Assembly: GCF_018350175.1 (NCBI RefSeq)
Contig: NC_058368.1
Location: 229,650,001-229,714,000, forward strand
Direction of reading: 5' to 3'
Source of the DNA: Felis catus
Lineage: Eukaryota
Length of the DNA: 64,000 bases
Shown here: positions 36,655-47,880 of the stretch, piece by piece
Position numbering within the stretch: position 1 is the first letter of the stretch
How the letters are laid out: the number at the start of each line of letters is the position of its first letter
Made by a program: the position numbers and the translations under genes
Notes under the pieces: model-generated
What the model saw: the letters and a program-made list of their open reading frames with translations, nothing else
The model's database searches: none
What the model was told of the DNA's origin: nothing

Positions 36655-36864
36655 TTTTTTAAATGTATTTATTTTTGAAGGAGAGAGAGAGACAGAGCAT
36701 GAGCGGGGGAGGGGCAGAGAGAGAGGGAGACACAGACTCCTAAGCAGGCTCCAGGCTCCGAGCTGTCAGCACAGAGCCCAATGAGGGGCTCTAACTCACG
36801 AGCGGTGAGATCATGATCTGAGCCCAAGTCTGACGCTTAACCGACTGAGCCACCCAGGTGCCCC
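36655..36864 (-). mobile_element. SINEC_Fc
   Basis: TSD gt(t/g)acagtctatttt. Confidence 0.95.
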
Positions 36865-37074
36865 GGTGACAGTCTATTTTATTACTACAGTTTATTCTGA
36901 GTCTCAAATAATTTTGAAAATATTTGAAATAATTTTGATAATATATCTTTACTTTGGCTTCTGCAATGAAGTATTTATTATTCCAAATTTATCCATGTAA
37001 CATTTACAATATGGTTTTTAAAACAGTTTATTAATTCAAGGTTTTTGAATTATTTTTAAAATACAAGCAGTCAA

Positions 37075-37228
37075 GGGGCAGCTCAGTCAGTTAAGCATCT
37101 GACTCTTGGTTTCAGCTCAGGTCATAATCTCACAATTCATGAGTTGGAGCCTCACATCATGCTCTGTGTTGACGGTATAGAGCCTGCTTGAGATCCTCTC
37201 TCTCCTCTCTGTGCCTCTCTCCTCTCCC

Positions 37229-37318
<90 letters not shown>

Positions 37319-37357
37319 TCTCTCTGTCAAATAAAGGGGAAAAAACATTTAAAAAAA
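37075..37357 (+). mobile_element. Can-SINE with expanded (TC)n(AC)n tract
   Basis: SINE head with a short deletion; compound microsatellite at ~37240-37314; TSD-like aca(a/g)gcagtcaa. Confidence 0.9.
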
Positions 37358-37861
37358 TCCCACACACAGGCAGTCAAAAAGACCTCTCCTGTTTCTGGAC
37401 TACAAATGCCCTAAAGTGATTTGCTGAAGTGTCTTCAGGTTATGAGGGGTAGCTGGGTATAATATTTTCTGTATAGTACTATCTTTTCCTTAGAGCGTGG
37501 GGTGGGTGAGTACATTAATATTACTGAGGTTATATGCAGAACAAAGGAATTAAACAAAACATGGAAATAAACTTTTTAATCATAAATAAGATGACCTATA
37601 ATGAAAACCAAACAGTAATGAGTATTATCTATTAAAATTAGATAAAATTAGATAAAAGTTTTCACAAAGTAGAAACTTTAAGAAGCACAAGAAGTAGGTG
37701 ACATAAAGAAGCAAGACACTTTTTATATCATTTTATTAGCCCAGACTATGGAAAAAACATCCCATATAAAGTAATTAATAAGGCGAGCAAATTGATGTAT
37801 ATATATTAACTACTTGATTTACATTCATCTGTATCACTTCCCAGCAATTACCCATGAAATA

Positions 37862-38086
37862 TTTTTTAAAAAATTTTAATGTTTATTTATTTTTGAGACA
37901 GAGAGACAGAGCATGAGCAGGGGAGGGGCAGAGAGAGAGAGGGAGAGGGAGACACAGAATCGGAAGAGGGTTCCAAGCTCCAAGCTATCAGCCCAGAGCC
38001 TGATGTGGGGCTAGAACTCACAAGCCATGAGATGCTGACCTGAGCTGAAGCCAGAGGCTTAACCGACTAAGCCACCTAGGTGCTCT
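37862..38086 (-). mobile_element. SINEC_Fc
   Basis: TSD ccatgaaa(t/c)atttt. Confidence 0.93.
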
Positions 38087-38186
38087 GGCCATGAAACATT
38101 TTAAAAGCTTACCATTTATTATGTCAAAAACAAAACTTCGTTGTATTCTTCAATAAAACAGGAAACTTAAAAAATGTGAAAAATTA

Positions 38187-38393
38187 GGGGTGCCTGGGTG
38201 GCGCAGTCGGTTAAGCGTCCGACTTCAGCCAGGTCATGATCTCGCGGTCCGTGAGTTCGAGCCCCACGTCAGGCTCTGGGCTGATGGCTCAGAGCCTGGA
38301 GCCTGTTTCCGATTCTGTGTCTCCCTCTCTCTCTGCCCCTCCCCCGTTCATGCTCTGTCTCTCTCTGTCCCAAAAATAAATAAACGTTGGGGA
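38187..38393 (+). mobile_element. Young SINEC_Fc with 18-bp TSD
   Basis: Perfect TSD aaaaaatgtgaaaaatta at 38169-38186 and 38394-38411. Confidence 0.97.
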
Positions 38394-38559
38394 AAAAAAT
38401 GTGAAAAATTAATTACTGTGCCACTTAGAGATTTTTTTTAAATGATGACGAATGACCTCTAAGGCCAAAGGGGCAAGCCACATTTAATGATGAGACATTT
38501 CCTCTTAGAAATTACAGACTATCAGCAAAGCTGTGCTCAGAGAAGTATTCGAGGGTCAA

Positions 38560-39640
38560 AAATGAATTCATTTCTTGGTAAAAGTGAATTAAAATAACTT
38601 AAACATTTAAGTTGTTACTACAACTAAAACCCAAGAGAAACATAAGGAATGAATTAGTAAAGATTAAAGCAGAAAGTGGTAGAAAAAAATTTTTTTCAGT
38701 AAAAACAATACAAAAGTCTAATGGCTATTTTTTTGAAATCAAGCAATAAGAGAGAACAGAAGATACCTAATCAAAAATTTTCCCATAAGAAAAACAAACA
38801 TAAATTCACATGTTATAGTCAGATTTATATATACACATGTATTAAAATATATATAAATTAAAATCAGGAAGGTAAATTCGACAATGTACTTTTAAAAATT
38901 ATCTGAACAAGTTAAAGTTTATTCTGGGAAGGCAGAAGTAGCTAAACATTTAACAATCTATCAATGCAATTCATCATAATAACACATTAAATAGAAAAAA
39001 ACACATGAAAATAGTCATAATAAAACCCCCATAAGAGGTGGGGAAATTACTTGCAAACACTCAACACACATTTATAAGAAGTTGCAAAGTAAGAAACTAG
39101 GAAACTTCTTATAATGATAAGTGTATTCATTAAAAATCTATAGCCAACACCAAAATTAATGGGAAAATGTTTGAAGCATTTATTTTAAAGTCAGGAACAA
39201 AACAAAAGTGACCTCTCTGGTAAATAGTATGAACATGAAAAGACAATAAAGACCGTCCTCCTGTACAATAAAATTGTTTAAATGATAAAATATTTGAGAC
39301 CAGAAGGGAAAAACCATCGCTGGTAAGAGAAAACACATTCATTTAGGAGAGTATTAGAGGTAAAGGGAACCAATTGTACATTTCAACAATGCCAGCTGGC
39401 TATAAAGTGAATATGTAACAACAGGTAGCTTTTGAGGAGTCAATTGTAACAATTAGAAAATTTGTTTAATGAGGTAAAATGGTCATCCCTAGAGCAACAT
39501 GAAGTAGAAGGTACCTGAGTGTAAATCTTAACAAATGATGTATGAAACTTCCATGGAAGACATTATGAAGCCGAAGCGTAAATACAGATGAATTTGACAT
39601 CAAAGTTTGTGCGATTCCGTGTTCTTGGAATTCGACGTCT
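38560..39640 (+). mobile_element. Old L1 ORF2 remnants
   Basis: aatctatcaatgcaattcatcata; atagccaacaccaaaattaatgggaaaatgtttgaagcatt...aagtcaggaacaa (NG..LEAF.LKSGT-like). Confidence 0.7.
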
Positions 39641-40079
39641 GTTTAAAAAAATCACCCTGCATGTCTGAGCTAGTTTTTATGTAGTGATTTGCTGCTTGAA
39701 TCACAACATTTAACTATGTTTGCTTTTAGAAAATCAAAGATGTGCTAAGATTGAAAAAAAGTGGTACTCCAGAGGCAACAGGTTAGATAAGATATTGTCC
39801 AGTTATATTTAGTATAACAATTTATATGACGTAATGATAAGTGGCATGGCTAAAGAACTTGAAAAGCAGCCTGAACTCTGCAAAATGTTTTCTGCTGACA
39901 GGCAACCCCACTGCCACTAATTTCAGTTCTTTTGGACTCTATTCCCGCATATTTCCAGACCAGTCCGATATCTCTCCTGACGTTGGGTTTTTCTCCAGCA
40001 TCCAGATAGTGACTCCACAATTCTGTACTCCTTGTCTTATTTATTTGTTTGTTTATTTATTTATTTAGCTTTGGTTTGC

Positions 40080-40549
40080 CTTTTTTTAAGTTTATTTATT
40101 TATTTTGAGAGAGAGAGAGAGATAGCGCACAAGCAGGGGAAGGGGGGTGGGGGGAGAGAGAGAGAGAGAGAGAGACAGAGAGACAGAGGGACAATCCCAA
40201 GCCAGCTCCGCACTGTTGGTGCAGACCCCGATGTGGGGCTCAAACTCATGAACCATGAGATCATGACCTGGGCCAAAATCAAGAGTCAGATGCCTGAGTC
40301 AGTCAGACACCCATTTTTTTGTTTTTGTTTTTGGTTTTTTTTTTTAATGTTTATTTATTTTTGGGACAGAGAGAGACAGAGCATGAATGGGGGAGGGGCA
40401 GAGAGAGAGGGAGACACAGAATCTGAAACCGGGCTCCGGGCTCTGAGCTGCCAGCACAGAGCCCGATGCGGGGCTCGAACTCACGGACCTCGAGATTGTG
40501 ACCTGAGCCGAAGCCGGCCGCTCAACCGACTGAGCCACCCAGGCGCCCC
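40080..40549 (-). mobile_element. Two adjacent Can-SINEs (~40080-40312 and ~40335-40549)
   Basis: Two SINE bodies; the second is CpG-rich and flanked by tgtttttgttttt. Confidence 0.93.
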
Positions 40550-41114
40550 TGTTTTTGTTTTTTTTTGTTTTTTGGGGGTTTTTTTGTTCTTTTTTTTAAA
40601 CAAAGCTCCAAAACCATAGATTTGTTTCCAGGGTTTACCTGTTATGTGAGTGGCTACTGCCCTATGGGGCTTCACAAACTTCTCTCTGAAAAAACACTCC
40701 CTCCAAATTGAATCCTGCACTTAAAGAGCAAAACTTCACCCGTCTTAAGTACTTTAGGCTTTAGACATGATTTTCACAGAAAATGGATAGAGAGGTTTTA
40801 AGCATTGGTTTAAAAACACAGGGTTGAAAGGTGGCCAGTTTAATGGGGACAATACTTCAGATGGGTAATGTCACTCCAGATGAATAAGTATTTTTGGAGT
40901 GCTTCCTGGAGGAAAGAAATAAGAAATTCTTTGCCTCTGCTGAGTGTAATTTTCAAATACCTTACTTTAGAGTTACTATTGTTTTTTTTCATTTAATTAC
41001 ATAAATAAATAAATATTTGTTCACATTTTATTGAAACCAAAGTGTGCTTATTTGTAAAATGATATTTGTCACAGGAAGAACTTGTGCACCTGTATACATA
41101 ACTGTGAGTTTATT

Positions 41115-41206
41115 ATTTTTTTAAGTAAGCTTTTGCCCAAAAGGGGGTTTGAATTCACGATCTGGAGATTAAGAGTCACATGCTCTGACTGAGTTAGCCA
41201 GGTGTT
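41115..41206 (-). mobile_element. Short Can-SINE
   Basis: ggggtttgaattcacgatctggagattaagagtcacatgctc...gccaggtg. Confidence 0.75.
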
Positions 41207-41223
41207 CCAGAGCTGTGATATTC

Positions 41224-41614
41224 CTTTTTTTTTTTTTTTCTAATTTAGGTTAGTTAACATAGAGTGTAGTATTGGTTTCAGGAGTAGAATTCAGTGATTC
41301 ATCACATACAACACCCAGTGCTCATCACAAGTGCCCCCTCCTAAATGCCCATCACCCATCAGCCCATCCCCCACCCACCCCCCTCCATCAACCCTTAGTT
41401 CGTTCTTTATATTTAAGAGTCTCTTACGGTTTGCCTCCCTCTCTGTTTTTATCTTATTTTATTTTTCCTTCCCTTCCTCTATATGCACCCATCTTGTTTC
41501 TTAAATTCCACATATGAGTAAAATAATATGATACTTGTCTTTCTCTGACTGCCTTGCCATTTCCAACAACGTGGATGGGACTTTGAGTGTATTATGCTAA
41601 GCGAAATAAGTCAG
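41224..41614 (-). mobile_element. Carnivore L1 3' fragment with short 5' inversion
   Basis: Poly-T and antisense 3'UTR to ~41551, then sense ttgccatttccaacaacgtggatgg...aaataagtcag; TSD ccagagctgtgata(t/g)tc at 41207-41223 and 41615-41631. Confidence 0.9.
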
Positions 41615-42669
41615 CCAGAGCTGTGATAGTCTTAAGTCAAGAGTCAACTTGGACTAAAATAATTTATTACAGAATTAAAATGTCTAAAGGAAAGTCAATG
41701 CCAATATTGCCATTCATATTCTTTCTTTTTCCCCTTCTGGATGATTAAGATATTTAGAGCACTGATTTCAGCTAACAGAAGCTTTGGAAGGGATGAAGGA
41801 CAGATAAAATCCCATGAGGTTCCTTCACCAACAGGACTTGCTGAGATCTGGAAACCATTCCCCTAGGAGATCCTTCCCAAGAAAGTTGTTCCCCATCCGC
41901 TATTCCTGCTAGCTTTGGCAAAATTTCTCATCCAAATGGAGAGAAAGAGGGTCTAGTTGACTGGCTAATCCCGAATATTAAAAAACAATAGAAGCTGGTT
42001 TCAGACCTGCGACGTCTCTAATTTTTAATAGTCCATGAAATGTTTTAATGAAAATCAGGAACCTTTTCATTGGGAATGGGGTTTCTACAGTTTTATATAC
42101 TTGCCATTCTATCAAAAACAAAAGTAATGATTTTAGACTAAAACCTAATGTCAATAGAAAGCAAAGTTTGTATGCATATATATTTATCTGCATGGGTGAA
42201 TACTAATACAGCTCATTACACCAAGGCATCATGAACATTTAATGAGGCCAAGGGATTTTCAAATTCTCTCAGACCAATTTGGACATCTTTGTAAAGAACA
42301 GTCTTTATAGTTAGAGTGTTTTTCTTATTGTTTGTAGAAGAGAACAAATTCACTCTTCACCATTATGGCATCTAAATTTCTGAACAAAGAGGTCCCTCAA
42401 ACACTAACTCTTCCAAAAAATGTTCAAAATGGTGAATACTCAAAAGAGAGTTGGGATGATTGACTTTTGTACTTACAGAAAGGACTTGTTAAGATTCCTT
42501 TGACATCTTCCCCTGGTAGTGCCTTAATGTGTTTCCGCCCTAACTAATACACTGATGCCAACTTGTATAAGAGTTCATTAGCTTCAAATGCTCTTACTCA
42601 AAATTTACCAAATGATATAATGGCTTCACTAATTCTTTTTATGTTCAATTTTCCTAATCAGGTAATTAT

Positions 42670-43645
42670 TAGTTTTTCAAATTGAAACAGAATTGACATA
42701 GAACGTTGTATTCGTTTCAGGTGTACAACACGATTAAGTATTTGTAGATATTGTGAAACGATCAGTGCAAAAAGTCTAGTTAACATCCAGTACCATATAC
42801 AGTTACAAAACTTTTTTACTTGTGATGACAACTTTTAAGATTTATTCTTGGCAATTTTCAAATATAGGATACGGCATTATTAACCATTGTCACCATTGTG
42901 CACATTACCTCACCGTGACTTATTTATTGTGTAACTGGAAGTTTATACCTCTTGACCCCCTTCATCCATTTCACCCATCACCCACTCCTACCTCTGGCAA
43001 CCATGAATTTGTTCTCTGTATCCATGAGCTTGGCTTTTCATTTTTGTTGTTGTTATTTAGATCACACATGTAACTGAGATCATACAGTATTTGTCTTTCT
43101 CTGTTGACTTATTTCGCTTAGCATAATGCCCTTCAGGACCATCCATGTTGTCACAAATGGCAGGATTTCATTCTTTTCTATGGCTGAAAAGTATTCCCCT
43201 GTGTATATACCACATCTTTATCCATTAATCCATCAATGAACACAAGTTGCTTCCACATCTTAGCTATTGTGAATAATGCTGCCATGAACAGAGGGGAGCA
43301 TATATCTCCTTGAATTGGTGTTTTTGTTTTCTTTGGATAAATACCCAGGAGAGGAGTTGCTGGATCACATAATAGTTCCATTTTTAATTTTTTGAGGAAC
43401 CATATGGTTTTCCATAGTGGCTGCACCAGTTTCCCACCAACAGTGCGCAAGTGTTACCTTTTCTCCACATCTCTGCTAACACTTATTTCTTATCTTTTCG
43501 ATAAAAGCCATCCTGACAGGTGTGAGGTGATATTTCACTGCAGTTTTGATTTGTATTTCCTGATGATTAGTGATATGGAGCATCTTTTCATATATCTGTT
43601 GGCCAGCTATATGTCTGCTTTAGGAAAGTGTCTATTCAGGTCCTG
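42670..43645 (-). mobile_element. L1 3' end (ORF2 C-terminus plus 3'UTR), decayed
   Basis: Minus-strand [31 protein letters not shown]...FMAALFTIAKMWKQ. Confidence 0.92.
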
Positions 43646-44308
43646 AATAGTATTTTTTGAAGCTATGAAAAAAAGAAAACTTCTTCTTAAATAATTTACT
43701 AGTTTTCACAGGTAACCTGTAATAATAATGAGAGCTAAGTGCACATAAAACATGCATACTCAACAAATAGATTTGGCCAACTTATATTTACCATGTTGGT
43801 TTAATAGTCATCTGATTTGATTTTAATTTAGAGATAATTTTGGTTTTCTCAAGAAATAAAGAATACCCTCCTGAGATAATATGATACCTATGATATATTG
43901 TATTCTATTTGCTATGTGTGACCTTTTTATCATAGCAGAAAGGAAATATTTTAAGGTATTTTCATGAATCAGTTAAGGTATTTTAAAAATCAGAACTTTC
44001 ATATGCCAGAAATAGTGACACCACCCCACCCCCCGCAATGTGGCACAATCCAGGGGAATTGCCATGGTGTGGAAACATCACAACGATATGGAACTCATTC
44101 AAAGGGAAGCTTATCAGTGTCTGGAATATTAACTAAAAGCTATTAAAATAGATCAAATATATACTAAAAAGTAATGGAATATTATATCTATAGGTGATTC
44201 TTAAGAAGATGAATATTATGAAAATTCAGTGAATAATTTTCACAGAATATTTACATAAAGAATGTGAAAAGAAGTTTCATTCATATTATCTTTAAAAATG
44301 GTGCTGGG

Positions 44309-44690
44309 AGGCACCTGGGTGGCTCAGTCAGTTAAGCGTCCGACTTCGGCTCAGGTCATGATCTCGCGGTCCGTGAGTGCTGACCGCTCAGAGCCTGGAG
44401 CCTGTTTCAGATTCTGTGTCTCCCTCTCTCTCTGACCCTCCCCCGTTCATGCTCTGTCTCTGTCTGTCTCAAAAATAAATAAACGTTAAAAAAAATTTTA
44501 AAAAAAATGGTGCTGGGGCTCCTGGGTGGGTCAGTGGTTGAGCATCCGTCTCTGGATCTTGGCTCCTGATCTCACAGCTTGTGGGATCAAGCCCCACATC
44601 TGGCTCTGTGCTGTCAGCCTGCTTGAGATTCTCTCTGCCCCTCCCTTGCTTACTCTCTCTCTTTCTCTCTCTCTCTGTCTTAAAAAAAAG
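44309..44690 (+). mobile_element. Two Can-SINEs: younger (44309-44502) inserted at the head of an older one (44515-44690)
   Basis: TSD aaaaatggtgctggg at 44294-44308 and 44503-44517. Confidence 0.93.
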
Positions 44691-44780
44691 CACTTTGTCT
44701 CAGTAATCTAATATTTTATTTTAGGGACCATTTATGAAACCTCTCATGTCCATGCAGAATTACATGAATATAAACCTGAG

Positions 44781-44959
44781 TTTTGTTTTGTTTTTATTTT
44801 AGAGAGAAAGAGGGGTGGGAGAAGAGCAGAGGGAGAAAGAGAGAAAATCTTAGCGTGGAGCTTGTTGTGACACGGGACTTGATCCCAAGACCCTGGGATC
44901 ATGACCTGAGCTGAAATCAAGAGTTGGACACTCAACCGACTGAGCCACCCAGGCACCCC
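44781..44959 (-). mobile_element. Can-SINE
   Basis: SINE body; TSD-like a(a/g)acctgag. Confidence 0.9.
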
Positions 44960-46834
44960 TAGACCTGAGATTTTTAAAAGATAAAATACCGAAGTCATAA
45001 CATTATTAACAAAGACATTAACAATTCTATATGATATTCTGTAACTTGTTCATATTAAAATGGTATAATAAAACCTAAGAACAGGTATTATTTTAATGAG
45101 GGCATTTTTGCATAACAACAGTACAAAGACCAGCAGAGAAGGAAACAGATATATGATTCTGATGGATTAACTGAGATGGAAAATGAGAAATATAAAATAA
45201 AGAGAAATGTAAGGTCTGGGAAGAGAGGGTCACTCTCACATTTTTGTAAACGTGGAGTGATGCTATATTATGTTTTGATGATATGACAGAAAAAGATAGT
45301 TTTAATAAGTGACGTCTCTAGTAAACAAGTAGCAGAAAAGAGTGAAACATCTACCTATAAAACATTCTAAAATGAAAACAAAAATTTTACTTTAGCAAGC
45401 TATCTGGATCACGGTGACATGCCCCACCATGTTCTAACATGATACATACTGGTGTTCAGATTCCTAAGACCACTCTTCAAATTCACGTCTGTACTGCCTG
45501 ATTGTTTGGGTGTGCAGTCTTTCCGTAACTGACCAGCATCTAAGAAAATAGAGAGCTCCCTTGTTACAATTCAAAAACAGAAATCAAGTTTTTGAAACAC
45601 AGGAAGGAAACTTACACTCCTTCAGTGATGGCGAGTTAATTCATGTTTTTTCCACTGTGAAAAACCAGCCTGAATCCGTGGTTTTCTCTTCGGGCGCTAT
45701 GACAAGAAATGTTCTTCTCTCTTTGTAAGTACATATTTTAAGCCAAATCTTCTGGGGAAAAAAAATTAAGTGTAAAAAGCCTCCATCAGTACAAGTATAT
45801 AGTTAATTTCCTTGATAATTTTATTCAGATCTACACCTTAGAAAAGTTCTTCTCACAAGGTATTTTTAAAGTGAAGTTGCAAAGAAAAAAATGGGGGAAA
45901 AACTATCCACAAGAGCATAAAACCTAGATTTTTAGTGTTTTCCCTCATCCTTCTTTTCTGGAAAGAAATGAAATAGAGGTGGTAGAGTGTTTTTCTATTG
46001 AGAGCATGGGTGTGAGATTTATATATTTGCTTCCTTCCTTTGAGCAGTAGCAATAGAAAGAAAACTATCGAAAAAACTCCTTGTGCAGGGTTTCATGGGA
46101 GAGGATTTAATCTGAGTACCAGATAGCATCAGGCTTGCAAGAGTCTGACATCTCTGCCCCAGGCTCTTTTTAAGTAATTACCCTTTTCCTTGTCAAAGAA
46201 ATTTGGCACACAACTCAATGTGCCCCTTATTATGAAAGGGGGTGGGGTAAATGAAAGGCATTTTCTCACCTAATGAGATGTCAAAGGTGAAATCACTGAA
46301 ATCAGCCAATTCTGACTTTCATACAGAAAAAAATGACATATTTTACACGTAAATTTTGTGATATTTAGACTCCCATTCTTCATAAAGTTAACACTGTTCA
46401 TGCACATCGTGGATTGGGATGGTTTACTTTTCTGTGAATTAACTGAGTTCTGATATTTTCCCTTATAAAAAAAATTGTGTGAACACTAGCAGTATTGGAA
46501 TTTTATCTTTAATAATATTTGCAGGAAAAAAATATTTAAATCCCCCAATCTCTTAAGAGGAAATAACAAATGGAAGCAGATGCAGAGCCATACTTAAGAT
46601 ACATGAACGACTTTCAGAAATGATGCTAAGTTAAATGCTCCTGACGTTTTACATAGGGCCCTTACAGAAAATGTTCTTTACCTGCAAAGACGAGAATTTC
46701 TTTCATATTTTTTAAAACCTTTTTACTTGTTTATTTCAATAGCAGATTGAAGCTTTCTAAGAAATGTCCTTTCAGCTAATGATGTAACCTAGTTAAATTA
46801 TTTACTCTCAGCTTTGATTTTTTTTTTTTTTGTA

Positions 46835-47880
46835 TTATTATTAAAACACCTACTAAAAGGGTTTCTGGACCCAATTTCAACACGTGTGTGGGGAACAAGC
46901 AAATCTTTTTTTTTTAAATTTTTTTAAATGTTTATTTATTTTTGAGACAGAGAGTGAGTGGTGGAGGGGCAGAGAGAGGGGGAGAGACACAGAATCAGAA
47001 GCTGGCTCCAGGCTCCGAGCTGTCAGCACAGAGCCCAATTAAGGGCTCGAACTCACAAACCGCGAGGTCACAACCTGAGCTGAAGTTGGACTCTCAACCG
47101 ACTGAGCCACCCAGGCGCCTCCCCAACAAGCAATTCTTGGACGCTGGCTCGGTGTCCTACTATTGAAGTCAATTCTTTCTGCCTGGAGAAGGCAACCCCA
47201 CAGGTTAAGGGCTCAGAATTCTCCTAAGACAACCGGTCTTGCCACTTCAGATTCCCAAGTCCCAACCAAACGCAGATTGTCTGCTGTGCTTCTGACAGAC
47301 GGGCTGCAGAGTGGGGGTTCCCAAGACACCCTCGCACAGTTGAGGTAATTTGCTAGAGCTGCTCACAGAACTCCGGGAATCATTTTCCTTACTAGATTCC
47401 TGGCTTCTTATAAAAGGGTATAACTGGGGAACAGCCAGATAAAAGAGATACACAGGGGAAGGTGTGGGGGGAGGGTGTGCAGCTTCCCTGGCCTTTCGGG
47501 GCACACTGCTCCCTCCAATCTCCACCTGTTCACCACCCTGGAAACTCTGCAGACTCATCCTTTTCTTATGGAGTTTTCATTACATACATATGATTGATTG
47601 AATTGATTGATTAAATGGAAGTGATTGATTCACTTCCAGCACCTCTCCCCTCCCTGGTGGCCAAGGGGTTTGGACTGAAGGTTCTCACCCCGTAACCACT
47701 CGGTTGGTTCTCTAGGCAACCAGCCCCTATCCTTTGGTGCAAATGTCACCTCATTAACATATCAAAAGACACATTTATTGCTCTCAACCTTTGAAACATT
47801 CCAAGGGTTCTGAGAACCAAGAGCCAAGGACTATGGACAAAGGCCAAATATGTATTTCTGATAAATTACAATATGGCACA
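46835..47880 (-). mobile_element. MER21-like solo LTR interrupted by a SINE
   Basis: Homologous to 23908-24781 (ggacccaatt, aagcaattcttgga, cacaggttaaggg, ggcaaccagcccctat). Confidence 0.8.
46908..47124 (-). mobile_element. SINEC_Fc
   Basis: TSD aacaagcaa(a/t)tctt at 46894-46907 and 47125-47138. Confidence 0.95.

Noticed and set aside
40032..40619. 195-aa ORF, and the many MAQSVKR.../RERETE... ORFs elsewhere
   Set aside because: These are translations of Can-SINE bodies and their CT/GA tracts.
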